The position numbers and the translations under genes were made by a program. A stretch of DNA of 63,936 nt, filler included, from Chiloscyllium plagiosum (taxonomy: Eukaryota), in NCBI RefSeq assembly GCF_004010195.1. It is 4 parts of one record of this genome, joined end to end, with 100 filler letters (N's around TTAATTAATTAA, not from the genome) between each part and the next. Parts side by side here need not be neighbours in the genome. Positions count along the whole stretch, not along the records: positions 26,241 to 50,482 come from NC_057712.1; 3 more parts are not named here. One strand, written 5' to 3'. Under the pieces are notes generated by a model that was not told where the DNA came from, did no database searches, and worked only from the letters and a program-made list of their open reading frames with translations. Of this stretch, positions 26,141 through 37,830 are shown piece after piece; position 1 is the first letter of the stretch; each line of letters starts with the position of its first letter.

Positions 26141-26240
26141 NNNNNNNNNNNNNNNNNNNNNNNNNNNNNNNNNNNNNNNNNNNNTTAATTAATTAANNNN
26201 NNNNNNNNNNNNNNNNNNNNNNNNNNNNNNNNNNNNNNNN
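26141..26240. other. Artificial 100-bp contig linker
   Basis: 44 N + TTAATTAATTAA (26185-26196) + 44 N; identical structure occurs three times. Confidence 0.95.
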
Positions 26241-26350
26241 AGTGGAGGGAGGGAGGGAGGGAGGGAGGAAAGGGGGGGGGGGGGGGGGGAAGGGAGGCCG
26301 GCTGGAGGCCTGGAGCGGAGCAGAATGGGACGGCCACAAAAAAGTGAATA

Positions 26351-26508
26351 CAGAGGAACCTCAAATATCTGGCATTCGATTATCCAAATTTTGGATCATC
26401 CAGCAAAATTGCAAGGTCCCAATGCTTGGCTAAACTCTGTTATCCGGCACTTGATTAAACAAATGAAGTACACCCCACCGTGTCCTTTGGATAATCAAGG
26501 TTCCTCTA
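26351..26508. mobile_element. Tigger/pogo-like MITE (158 bp)
   Basis: TA|CAGAGGAACCTCAAATATC ... GGATAATCAAGGTTCCTCTA|TA. Confidence 0.8.
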
Positions 26509-27054
26509 TACTAATTATAGTGCTTGTTCGATAATGAACTTATTTCAATCTCTCTCTTTGACCAAAATTACATCAGTCCTAAACTGTCTTGGCATCTTTC
26601 TCCCCTCGAGTTTTAACAATTTCATTTTACAAGTTTGATAGTATTACTAGACAGTAAGTAAGACAGATTCCTTCTACCAACAATAATAGCCAATGTTAAA
26701 AAGAACCCTTCAGAAATAACTAAATTACCTGACAAAAAATTAAGGATTTCTCCATTAATTTAGAATGTGAACCAACCATGTCTTAATTCTTTAACAAAAG
26801 CAGAAATTGCTGGAGAAACTCAACAGGTCTAGCAGCATCTGTGAAGAGTCCAGTAACCTTTCTTCAGAACTGATTGTAGCTGGTTAAAGGTTGGTATATA
26901 TGCCAACAAAAATAGAGTTTCTCCAGAAATTTCTGTTTTTGTTTATTCCCAGCATCTGCAGTTCCTTGGTTTTCTTCATTCTTTAAGATGTACTGACTAC
27001 CACAAAAGGCCAGTCCCACAGATATAGTTTTTGATTACATGCAGCTATACTCAC

Positions 27055-27233
27055 CAAGGATATTTTAATCCCTTCAACCATCAGTTTTAGCATTTCTTTC
27101 TGAAATGTCTTTATGTTGTTGCTGGGTAGCATTGATGCACCTCCCTCGAAGTCTTCACCTGGAGGAGTCAGTATTCTATCGTAATGTGGATATTCAGACG
27201 TGCTCAATAAATCCAGGAAGTCGAGGTCAGGAT
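27055..27233 (-). CDS. LYST: LYST internal coding exon 6 of 6 (179 bp, phase 1 to 0)
   Basis: DPDLDFLDLLSTSEYPHYDRILTPPGEDFEGGASMLPSNNIKTFQKEMLKLMVEGIKISL; the end resembles LYST FQKEIFTYLVEGFKVSI. Acceptor gatttatattag|AT, donor TTG|gtgagt. Confidence 0.92.
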
Positions 27234-27426
27234 CTAATATAAATCACGAGTGTCAAAATATATCACTTTTTAAAAAAAAATCACTTTTGTAAAAAACACA
27301 ATTGTAGTAGTAAAAAAAAAAAGCAGCAATGAATTGGAAAGGTTTAGAGGAATATGGACTAAACAGAGGCAAATGAGACTAGTTTAGATTGGGAAATTTG
27401 GTCGGCATGGACTAGCTGGACTGAAG

Positions 27427-27752
27427 GAGAAAGTGAGGACTGCAGATGCTGGAGGTCAGAGTCGAAAAGTGTGGTGCTGGTCAGGCAGCATCTGAGGAGG
27501 AGAGTCAACGTTTCGAGCATAAGTTCTTCATCAGGAATGGGGGGCCCAAAGGGGCCGAGAGATAAATGGGAGGGGCATGGGGGTGGGCAGGGGAGGTAGC
27601 TGGGAACATAATAGGTAGATGAAGGTGGGGGCGATTGTGATAGGTCAGATAGGTGGGAAGGGAGATGGACAAGTAAGACAGTTCAAGAGGGAGGTGTTGA
27701 GTTAGAGGGTTGGATCTAGGATAAGGTGGGGGCAAGGGAAATGAGGAAACTC
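27427..27752 (-). mobile_element. Penelope-like pLTR fragment with hammerhead motif in a LYST intron
   Basis: Reverse strand CCTGATGAAGAACTTATGCTCGAAACGTTGA at about 27506-27536, with the family tail ending CTCACTTTCTCC. Confidence 0.75.
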
Positions 27753-27910
27753 TGCCAAGGACACCCTTCATTAATACATAATCTGTTGACACTTACAATC
27801 TAGGTTCATAACAGAAATGGCTACTTGGAAAAAGGTCAACTCAAACTGGGATCATCTTTGAGAAAGGACGTAAGAATATTCAAAAATTATCAGGTTAATG
27901 AGTTGCTTAC

Positions 27911-28102
27911 CTTGGTAAATTAGTCTGTTCACTGATAACACTGTGAGTCTCTGCAGTCTCTGGACAAACTCAGTCTCAGAAGCTCTCATAGAATTCTCAT
28001 GGCTCATCCTCCTCTGCATAAGCAATGATAATTCATCACTGGCTACTGATCGCATTCGCATCAGCAAGATATCAGATGGAGCAGCTGAATACCTGCGAGG
28101 AC
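27911..28102 (-). CDS. LYST: LYST internal coding exon 5 of 6 (192 bp, phase 1 to 1)
   Basis: GPRRYSAAPSDILLMRMRSVASDELSLLMQRRMSHENSMRASETEFVQRLQRLTVLSVNRLIYQ. Acceptor tccactttgccag|GT, donor G|gtaagc. Confidence 0.96.
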
Positions 28103-28486
28103 CTGGCAAAGTGGATTTCAAATCAAATTCACCAAAACCATTTATGTGCTTTTGTTTCAGAAAAGTATCGTATATACTCATGTAAAAGTTTTTAGTGCTT
28201 TTTAAGATTAAATTCATGGAGTCAACTATTACACTGATGCTACTTTTGAGGGGCTGAAATTCATGCTAAGTCCAAAATACTATATCATTAGCAGAAGCCC
28301 AATTGATCTCTAAACTAATAAAGAGAAAACAAATTACAATGATTAACAGATAAAGACAAGAAAAACAAAAAATGAATTTGTAATTATTCCATCTGTGTGT
28401 TTTTATTTTGTTCTTGGTATTCCTTCTTTTTACGAAAAATGCTTATCTTGAAGTGGCAATAACATTATTGGTGCAGCTAATGGCCA

Positions 28487-28822
28487 GAATGGAGCAGACT
28501 GGAGGCCAGGAGTGGAGTGAGACAGAGACTGGGAGTGGAGTGGGATGGCCAGCAGCCTGGAGGCCCAGAGTGGAGCTGGATGGCCAGCAGCCTGGAGGCC
28601 CGGAGTGGAGCTGGATGGCCAGCAGCCTGGAGGCCCGGAGTGGAGCAGAATGGCAGCAGCCTGGAGTCCCGGAGTAGAGTGGGACAGAGACTGGGAGCGG
28701 AGCGGAACGGCCAGCAGTCTGGATTCCCGGAGCAGAGTGGGATGGCCAGCATTTGGAGTCCCGGAGCGGAGAGGGACAGAGACTGGGAGTGGAGCGGGAT
28801 GCCTGGAGCAGAGCAGAATGGG
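28487..28822. repeat. GC-rich ~35-bp minisatellite (GATGGCCAGCAGCCTGGAGGCCCGGAGTGGAGCTG)
   Basis: Visible imperfect tandem units. Confidence 0.85.
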
Positions 28823-28844
28823 ACGGCCACACAAAAAGTGATTA

Positions 28845-29002
28845 CAGAGGAACCTCGATTATTCGGCATTCGATTATCCAAATTTTGGATTATCCAGCAA
28901 AATTGCAAAGTCCCAATGCTTGGCTAAACTCTGTTATTCGGCACTTGATTAAACGAATGAAGTACTCCCCACCGTGTCCTTTGGATAATCAAGGTTCCTC
29001 TA
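28845..29002. mobile_element. Tigger/pogo-like MITE, second copy of 26351-26508
   Basis: TA|CAGAGGAACCTCGATTATTC ... GGATAATCAAGGTTCCTCTA|TA. Confidence 0.8.
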
Positions 29003-29305
29003 TACTAATTATAGTCTTGTTCGATAATGAACTTAAGAAATCCATAGCCTCACACTGAATTGTACATCAAAACACATAACAGCACAAAAACAAATTTGTT
29101 TCCTCGTTGTAACAATTATATATACAGGATAATACCTTGACTCTCAAATCTTGATCTGTTTGAAGAACTAAGGTCGACATTTACACGAGATAAATAGAAA
29201 AATAGGGGGTCAACTTTTACTCGAGTATATACAGTATATACATATTGTGGAAGAATTCTAAAAAGCAGTGCACTTAGAAACACTAGCAAGCTCCAGTAAC
29301 AATGA

Positions 29306-29510
29306 ACTGAAAAAGTGTTGCTGGAAAAGCGCAGCATGTCAGGCAGCATCCAAGGAACAGGAAAATCGACGTTTTGGGCATAAGTCTTTCTTCAGGGCTT
29401 ATGCCCGAAACGTCGATTCTCTTGTTCCTTGGATGCTGCCTGACCTGCTGCGCTTTTCCAGCAACACATTTTTAGCTCTGATCTCCAGCATCTGCAGCCC
29501 TCACTTTCTT
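29306..29510. mobile_element. Fold-back Penelope-like terminal repeat insertion
   Basis: About 29307-29385 is the reverse complement of about 29398-29478. TSD TCCAGTAACAATGA at 29292-29305 and 29511-29524. Confidence 0.85.
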
Positions 29511-32206
29511 TCCAGTAACAATGAGCCAAATTCCTGTAGGCAGTGAAAACTTAAGATACCAGTCAAGAGCAACAGGAAGATTTAACTTGGCGAAACATGA
29601 TTTAAAGTCACTATTACAGATAACTTTGATATTACTTTGGTCAAATTATCTTAACTGATTTTCAGTTTTGTTAGACGTCAAATGTTTTCACAAAAGGACA
29701 ACAGTACTACTGTAGACATTAACAAATGTATTGTTCGTATGTGAAAACATAGCACTTGATTTCTCAGAGGTTGTAAGCAGCAGCTGGCTAACAGTGAAAG
29801 CAAATTGTATGTCTCCCAAACAACACTTTGTGTAAGCAAGACAGAACAGAAATTGCTGGAAAAGCTCAGCATGCCTGGCAGCATCTGTCAAGAGAAAGCA
29901 GCAACAACACTTCAGGTCCAGTGAACCTCCTTCAGAATGGGTCAATGGATCTGAAAGGTTAACTTTCCATTTTTTCTTTCAAATGTTATTCTTCCCATAG
30001 AGTTGCCAGGCCTGCTAAGTTTTTCCAGCAATTTCTGATTTGTAGTGTTGTTTGGGATGTAATATATTATTGCTGCTCTCGATGAATGGCATTTTTGTTA
30101 GTTGCAACAGAACTGCAAACAAATCAGTGCAAAAAGGTGAATGAAGACTGATTTGATCTCAATATTGTAAACATAAAAACACCACTAAGAACATTTTTTT
30201 TAAAAATCCCATTGCAGTATTTCTATTTTATGTTTGAACTTATAGCTATCTTAAAACATTTTGAAACAAAAGACATTTCTTAGGGTTTACAATATTGGGG
30301 ATATAGTTTTTGTTTCACAAATGCACAATTTTGCAGCCTACTGTTGAGACAAACATTTCAAAAAGAAATGTTTTTCAGGCACTGAAGTTGGAAGGTCGCT
30401 ACTACACCTGCTTCTGGAAGGAAAGTACAGGAAGTGGATCCAGTTGGGAATAGTAGGGGAGACTCCTGGTTTACTAAGCTGAAGCAATAAGTCATTGGAA
30501 GGTGACCATACGAAGAGAAATGTTGTCTTGACAGCCGTGGAATTATGGAATCTTTCAATGCAATTGAACCTTCATTGCAAATAAGTACAAATAATGTAGA
30601 GAAGCTTGCAGAGAAGTGCTACACAATAGCTAAAAATGTACATGAACACAAGTTCTAAGTCAAAGAACCATGTTAATTAACAAACCTATGTTTTGAACAT
30701 TATAAAGGTAAACACTGTGCAATGATTAAAGATGTTATTTTATACTCAGCACAAATACCAACTAAAATATTCAAAAGATAAAATAATCTCAAAGCAAAAT
30801 AGCTAGAACGTTTCACAAACTTATCAAGAATTTTGTTGCTTGTAGTATATTTAATCAGAAGAATGTCACATCCACAAAGTAGATTTGACAAACCTTTTCT
30901 CACAGATGTGCAGAGAGTACTGGTTAGTTTTTCATAATACCATTCTTGTGAAACAAATAACGGATGTTTTTTCCTTCAAAAATCAAAACTAGAATGCCTA
31001 AGAGTTCACCTCAAATTTCCTAGCCATTCATTATAACTCAACAACTTTAAAATGAGTTTCCATTAATATTTTTGCTGGGCAGTTGACATGATAATTCGGT
31101 GAAAGTAAAAAGATGCGCTGAAACAAAAGCCATCTGAAAACTCGGTCTTTCCAATTTTGACAATTCCTGCCTTAATTAGAAACAGAAACAAGGTAATGTT
31201 TGAGGTTTGAATATTACACATTTGACTGCAAAACAATTCTGTGGCTCTTTGTTATGCAAACATGTCTCCCTATCTGTCTTGTACAAAAGTGCATTTATTG
31301 TCTTATTCATAAAGTTCCAGCTATCCAGTTTGGTCTTACCACTGACACTTGCTTCTAACTCGGAATTCTTTTGTGTCAACCTATGCTGCATTCCTCTGAC
31401 ATCCCATGACAAACATTGGAAAAAAAAACTCTCTTCTGGGCAGACTGCAGAATTGCAAAAAAATTTTTTGCAGGCTGGTGTTCAGATCTTGTCATAGACA
31501 TATAACTTTATTGCAACGTCACTTTGAATATGGCTACAGAAATAATACAGTGACTGCAATTATTTTGATTTGCATCCTAGATCAGTAATACTCTCTTGTA
31601 GCTGCATTCTTTTAGCAATATAGTTGACATGGAGCAATGTTTCTGTGATTTGTACTTATATACAAGACTGGAAGGGAGTACTTAGAGTATTTAAAGTTTC
31701 TATAAACGAGACAATAATCTTATGAATTTAAGATGTAAATTTAATTCTTAGTAAATTGCATATCATGCATTGTAGCAAACTAACTAATCAAATACGTAAA
31801 ATATATTTGGAGTATATGCATCTGCTCTGAGGAAGATTTTGTTCTAAAAGAATAATCATTTCAATCACTTTAGGTTTCTGAAGAGGAGAATTTACATCAA
31901 ACATGAATTAAAAATAAGTCAGTTGGTAGAGCTGGCCCATGCACTACTCAAGCAAAAGTGTATATCAATGCGGTGATGCCTCAGACCCAAGAGGACAGAT
32001 CTACTCAATTATAGTTTCTTTTCACTAAGTAACTGATTAAAATTCAATTAAAATGTTACAACATACAATGGAAAAACACCTCAAATAACCCACTGAAATA
32101 AACCTAATTTATATATGGATCTACTGCGATTGTTACAGTTACTCTATTTTGCTAGTTAATCTGCAGACAGTTGTAATAACTACCACTGGATTGTTACAGC
32201 ACTCAC

Positions 32207-32359
32207 CTGCAATACTCTTCCTTTTCTGGTGAATGGCATGATGCTGTGTTGCAGGTAAATGGAAGGAGCTACTTATATTCTGAGCATCTTGATTGGCTGT
32301 GTCTTTTATAAATTCAATAGCACCCTGAAGGACCCGGAACTGCAGTGCAATAGCTAATT
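32207..32359 (-). CDS. LYST: LYST internal coding exon 4 of 6 (153 bp, phase 1 to 1)
   Basis: ELAIALQFRVLQGAIEFIKDTANQDAQNISSSFHLPATQHHAIHQKRKSIA. Acceptor cttccctcgtttag|AA, donor G|gtgagt. Confidence 0.96.
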
Positions 32360-33179
32360 CTAAACGAGGGAAGATAGGATTACATTTATAATGCAGATTC
32401 ATGATAAGATATCACAACATAAGGACAAAAACTTTGAATTGTTTTTAACAACTTTGAAAGTCCCTTGTTTATATATGTCATCTTAACATTTCTACCCTAA
32501 CTCTACCCATCTGCACATCTGACTCAGGGGGGTAAAGAGAGAAGGGACCGAAGATTAGGGAGAGGGAGGAAGAGCAGCTACCCAACATTCTATCTTGCTG
32601 TTAATAATGGTCTCATTTCCAGTGATGGCAATATTAATCGATCTTCCATACTGGTGTTCCCAATTAGTTAAAGCATCTGGCACTATTCTCCAGAGGCAAA
32701 GAAACAGAAGATCCATTTTGCAATATGTGCAATATAATACTAGTTTGGGCTCCACATTAATATGAAGATCCTGATTCACTCAGATTCCTATCTCTACCAA
32801 AAGAATGGGCATCAGAATCTCTACTTGTAACACAGCCACTGGCATTAGAAATTTGCACCTGCTTTCAGTCGTACTGTTAATGGCAACATAGTTAATATTT
32901 CACTAACCTCATTGTTTTATCATACAAGCCTAATCTAATCTGACTGCTAACTGGAACCCTGTTGAGTATTTTACATTGCTTGAAAAATCCAAGTTGTTGC
33001 CTTTTTCACCTTAAAAGCACTTATTTAGCTTGGCTCACAGGAAACTGTCGTCACATTGCTAAACCTCAGTCAACAGGACTTATGTATGTACTCTTTCAAG
33101 AGTCCACAGTTACACTACTGGGATTAAGGAGTTATTTTTAGCAAGGTGAATGTGGGAAAGTGAAAAAAAGCACTACAGA

Positions 33180-33870
33180 GGAGCTTAAATTTAACTTAGC
33201 TTTTGACATAACCATCTTCAAAAGGATGCATTTGGGAATGCCAAACAAAGCTAGAAAATATACAATAAACAGGATGCTACTGAGAGGGATAGAGGAAATG
33301 TAAAACCTTAAAGTACAGAATAACAAATCTTTGAAAATGAAAGGACAGTCTGATAACATGATAAAGAAACATAGGGAACACTTTCCTTTGTTGGACAAGG
33401 TATAGAATACAAAGCAAGACAATGCTGAAACTGTAAAACACTGGTTAGGCAACAGGTGGAAATGTGCGTACATTTCTGGTTAACACAGTATAGGAAGGAT
33501 GCAATTATTCTGACAGCGGATATTAACAGTGGTGTTGTCAGAGTTTGGAAATTGCATTAATAAGGAAAGCTTGGATAAGCTAGAGAGTTGTTTTCCTTCG
33601 AATAGAAGAAATGGAGGGGGGACAGAATTGAAATATTCAAAATTATGAAGGGTCTGGACAGAGTAAACAGGAAAGACTGGTTTTCCCTTGTGGAGAGGTC
33701 AACTACCACAGGGGACTGATTTAAGATGATCAATAAAAAGATTAAAGGGGATATAAGGAAAAGCCTTTTCACCTAGAAGATGGTGAGCTTTGGAATTCAC
33801 TGCCTGGATTAGTGGTTTAGGCAGAAACCCAAACTGGAAGGTGGGATATTGAGTGAGTCAATCTTTCTTA
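33180..33870 (+). mobile_element. Old CR1 LINE 3' fragment
   Basis: GATGCATTTGGGA, ATAGGAAGGATG, TGGAATTCACTGCCTG motifs. Confidence 0.65.
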
Positions 33871-33914
33871 AGTACAAGTGAGCATCTTAAAAGGGGCTCA
33901 ATAAACAGTCTTCT

Positions 33915-34560
33915 TCTTTAGCAAGGAAGAGGATGAGAATGGCTGCCTACCCAGATGAAGTAGTGATGTGGTTTAATAGAGTTTGAGTAGAGAATATTCC
34001 CATCTTCAGTCCAATTCTGATGGAAAGAGAAATCACCCTGGCAAAGAAGCTGGGAAACAAGGAGCTCATCTGCACCAACCCATGGCTTAATTGATTCAAG
34101 ATAAAGCATGGCATCATCTTGTATGGTAAGCAATAAGAGTGTGGCAGTTATAGCAGAAATGACACGATAGACTCCGAAATAATCCTCCCCATGCCTTGCA
34201 CAAGTAAACACCACAAAACAGTTTAAAAAAAACAACCTGTTAAGACATGTTATGATACACTTCTGGAGCAGGTGGATTTGAAATCAGACCTTTTGGTCTA
34301 TAGGCAGGGACACTACCACTGTACCATAACTGTCTTGCCACAACACATTTTTTAACATCGATGAAACAAGAGTTTGTTTTATCATCTTCTCCCAGAACAC
34401 ACTCATGTCTAAAGATGATAAATCTAATGTAGAAAATGAAGCAAGGAACATATGATACAGGCAGTGTCAACATGGATGGTGCTGAAAATCTGAATGAGGT
34501 GTGAAAAATGGTGATGGAAGCTACAACTGCCAACTGCTTCCATTATGCTGAGTTCAAATA
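33915..34560 (+). pseudogene. Decayed Tigger/pogo (TIGD-like) transposase
   Basis: RKRMRMAAYPDEVVMWFNRV*VENIPIFSPILMEREITLAKKLGNKELICTNPWLN*FKIKHGII (CENP-B-type HTH), IFNIDET (first catalytic D motif), NMDGAENL, TTANCFHYAEF. Confidence 0.8.
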
Positions 34561-34805
34561 GGTTACAACTGCACAAGATGTCAAAAACAAGTAGTTAGCT
34601 CAGGCCTACTAATCTAATGAGCCACTTTTCGCTTGCCTGAAGTTACAGATATCAGGCAGAGAAAACCATATTAACCCATAGACAGGTGGATAATGTTGTA
34701 GGCTGCACAACAGAATTGACAGATAATATAATTATAGGTGCGTTATATTCTTCAACTAAGAAGTCTGAGAGGTCAATGCTTTGAAAGAGTCTGATGAATA
34801 CCTGC

Positions 34806-35008
34806 TGAAAATGTGTTGCTGGAAAAGCGCAGCAGGTCAAGCAGCATCCAAGGAACAGGAGAATCGACGTTTCGGGCATAAGCCTGAAGAAGGGCTTATG
34901 CCCAAAACGTCGATTCTCCTGTTCCTTGGACGCTGCCTGACCTGCTGCGCTTTTCCAGCAACACATTTTCAGCTCTGATCTCCAGCATTTGCAGTCCTCA
35001 CTTTCTGC
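34806..35008. mobile_element. Fold-back Penelope-like terminal repeat insertion
   Basis: About 34804-34884 is the reverse complement of about 34892-34973. CTGAAGA at the centre. TSD TCTGATGAATACCTGC at 34790-34805 and 35009-35024. Confidence 0.85.
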
Positions 35009-35666
35009 TCTGATGAATACCTGCCCACCCATTTGCTGGTTTCTCTCAAAGGGCATAAAAATGCTTTGGAAATTTTCCACTGGAGTACAAAAACATCAAA
35101 ACCACGTTCAACTGCTGTGATGACATAGTAAACCATGTTGCACTCATCCGAACACAGCATGTTTGGCAGAAAATGATTACAGAGTTTTCCAGAAGTTCTG
35201 ACATTTTTCAATGCAACAGTGGATGTTTTAACAATCCTAGGCCAGGTGAGGCCACAACACACAACACTAATGTAAGGTGTGAAAAAAATTGAATGAAGAC
35301 ATTTTTCTACATTTACTACTTTACTGTACTTGCACTTGAACCTGATATTTTCAACACAGACAGTAGCTGTAGATTCATTTATTGGAACAGGACCTCCTTG
35401 ATTATCATGAAGCTCAATTTAACTTGAACTTGTAGTTAGATGAGCTGCAATTTAACTCATTTTACAGTTTTCTTATTTATTTATTATGGCAAATCAAAAT
35501 GACCAATTATGAATTACTTGCTTGAAATATCCCTTCAGTGTCTCCAAGTTTTCCTTTAGAAAAATGTTTGTAGGTCCATTAGTAACAAAATAAACATGAA
35601 GTGGAGCTGGAAAAATACAGAACTAAAGAATTAAGATCAGTTCAATTTCTAAATTATTCTATTTTA

Positions 35667-36369
35667 AGCACCCACAAACAAGCAGACAAAACACGTCCAG
35701 AAACCCTAGCCACTCTCCCCTATATCAAAGACATCTCAGAAATGACAGCAAAACTACTCGGACCCCTTGTCATCATGGTAGCCCATAAACCCAACAACAC
35801 ACTAAAACAGCAGCCAATGAACTTGAAAGACCCTATGCAGACAATGAGCAAAACTAACGTTATTTACAAAATACCATGCAAGGACTGTAACAAACACTAC
35901 ATTGGACAAACAGGCAGAAAAATAGCCACCAGCATACATGAACACCAACAAGCCACAAAAAGACATGACCCTCTCTCACTAGTATCCTCACATACGGATG
36001 AGGAAGGACACCACTTTGACTGGGACAACACATCCATCCACAAGCCAAACAAAGACATGAACGAGAATTCCTAGAAGCATGGCATTCCAATCGGAACCCT
36101 ATCAACAAACACATCCAGTTAGACCCCATCTACCATCTCCTGAGAAAAGGAACAGGAAGTGACTTCACCACAGGAAATAACATCACCAACCCAAAGAAAC
36201 CCAAACATATAAAATAGAAAGCAGGAATTTTCAGCATTGCTTAGCATGAGGCCCACTGAAGATTACCTAGTAAGGTAACGAAAGGTCTGGAAATAAACCT
36301 CCAAGCTCAGCGAGCAAACTTACATCCAAAACCTCAACCTGAGCTATAAATCTTCTCAAAACTCGTTAA
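35667..36369 (+). mobile_element. Penelope/Poseidon-type retroelement 3' part (GIY-YIG endonuclease plus terminal repeat)
   Basis: ATLPYIKDISE...NVIYKIPCKDCNKHYIGQTGRKIATSIHEH...GHHFDWDNTSI. Hammerhead-like ccaCTGAAGA-TTACCT-AGTA-AGGTAA-CGAAAGGTC-tgg at 36253-36290. Confidence 0.9.
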
Positions 36370-36377
36370 GCACCCAC

Positions 36378-36544
36378 CTTTTGTTTTTGTATCCTTGCTC
36401 TTCTGCAGGTATCCAAGCAGTGAGATTAAATCCTCTATTATGCGAAAATATGGTAAACCAGAAGAGCTGCAGGAATGGATGGTAATAGCAACTAGTAGTT
36501 GCTGAATATCACATAGCAGCAATTTGTACTCATTCACTGGAATA
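36378..36544 (-). CDS. LYST: LYST internal coding exon 3 of 6 (167 bp, phase 2 to 1)
   Basis: [55 protein letters not shown]. Acceptor ttttcttccattgtag|T, donor G|gtgggt. Confidence 0.95.
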
Positions 36545-37599
36545 CTACAATGGAAGAAAATGATGGGATAAACTTAACAAAACAGACCACTTTCAGAAAC
36601 AGGAATAAAGTGAAAGCTGTGATGTGTAAAAATCTAAACAAACAGCATTCAAGCCTTTTAAAAATAAAGATCACAAATATGATTGTGGAACCATAAAATA
36701 ACTCAGCTGAAATATTAAAGTCAAACAATTCAAAAAGAACTCTCAGGTATATTTCACCTTAAAAATACAGAAAAATGTCAGGTTACATTGCGAAGGTGTT
36801 ACATGACAAGATACCTAGCAAAAGGGAAGATACTGGGAAGGGTAACCAAAAACATAATCCAAAGCGGTGTTTTTAGGACATAACTTAAAGGACAAGAGGT
36901 AGCTCAGAAAAAAACATTTATGAAAATGCCTTTTAAAACTCAAATTGCTTTCTAGGTAATTAAGTACTTGAAGTTTTTTTTCACAAAAATCCATTCGTGA
37001 AAACATGGGCATCGCTGGCTCAGCCAGTACTTATTGTCTAGCACTAAATGCCCAGAGTGCAGTTAAGAGTTACATGTAGGCCAGACATGTTGGGCAGCAG
37101 ATTCCCTTCTCTATGGGATATTAGTGTTACTAGACTCTTTTTGTTTCTAAACAATAATCAATTTTGTTAATTGAATTCAAACTTTATCTGCAACATTGGT
37201 ATCAAAACCATGTCAACAGAACTTTAGGTTGGGTTCTGGAGTACTAGTATAGCATTAAGACCTCTATGCCACTGCCTGCCCAGTGTTGCAATTGAGGTAG
37301 CATAACAGTCAATTGTGCACAAAGTCACACACAATACATTCATGACACGTCAGCCAGATAATTTGCTTTAATGAGATTAACTGAGGAATAAATATTGAAC
37401 AGCAGACCAGATACTTAGGTATAGATATTGGTTTGAGACTAACAGGTAAAACACAAACTATTTCAGGTCGACATAAAACAGAATAAGAGCGGTTCCAAAA
37501 TAAATAAAGGAACAATTTAAACAGATTTTCTGTTTACAATGATTATAGGATAATTATTTCACTTTGCAATCTATTAATCTAGCACAATAACTTCCTTAC

Positions 37600-37830
37600 C
37601 CATTCTCTAATCCATTTAATGTTGCTAAGGTGTTCAACAAGACATATATTAAGCCGTTGTCGAGCAGTATGTCAGCTAACTTGGGGCAGGCATTCAAAAG
37701 CTGGAGTAGGACACACAATTTATTGTGCACCAATGTATTTTCATACAGGGAGTTTTCAATCAGGCCAAGTACAGGAATAATGCATCTTTTACGAAATGGG
37801 TCAATCTGAGCCATAGTCTCTGTATCCAAA
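37600..37830 (-). CDS. LYST: LYST internal coding exon 2 of 6 (231 bp, phase 2 to 2)
   Basis: [76 protein letters not shown]. Acceptor atttttgcag|T, donor GG|gtaagg. Frame joins the previous exon. Confidence 0.96.

Noticed and set aside
26185..26196. TTAATTAATTAA as a biological motif (also at 50527 and 60395)
   Set aside because: It is centred in exactly 44 N on each side three times, so it is a synthetic linker.
28408..29058. Overlapping 90-140 aa ORFs on both strands
   Set aside because: These are translations of a GC-rich minisatellite and a MITE within a LYST intron.
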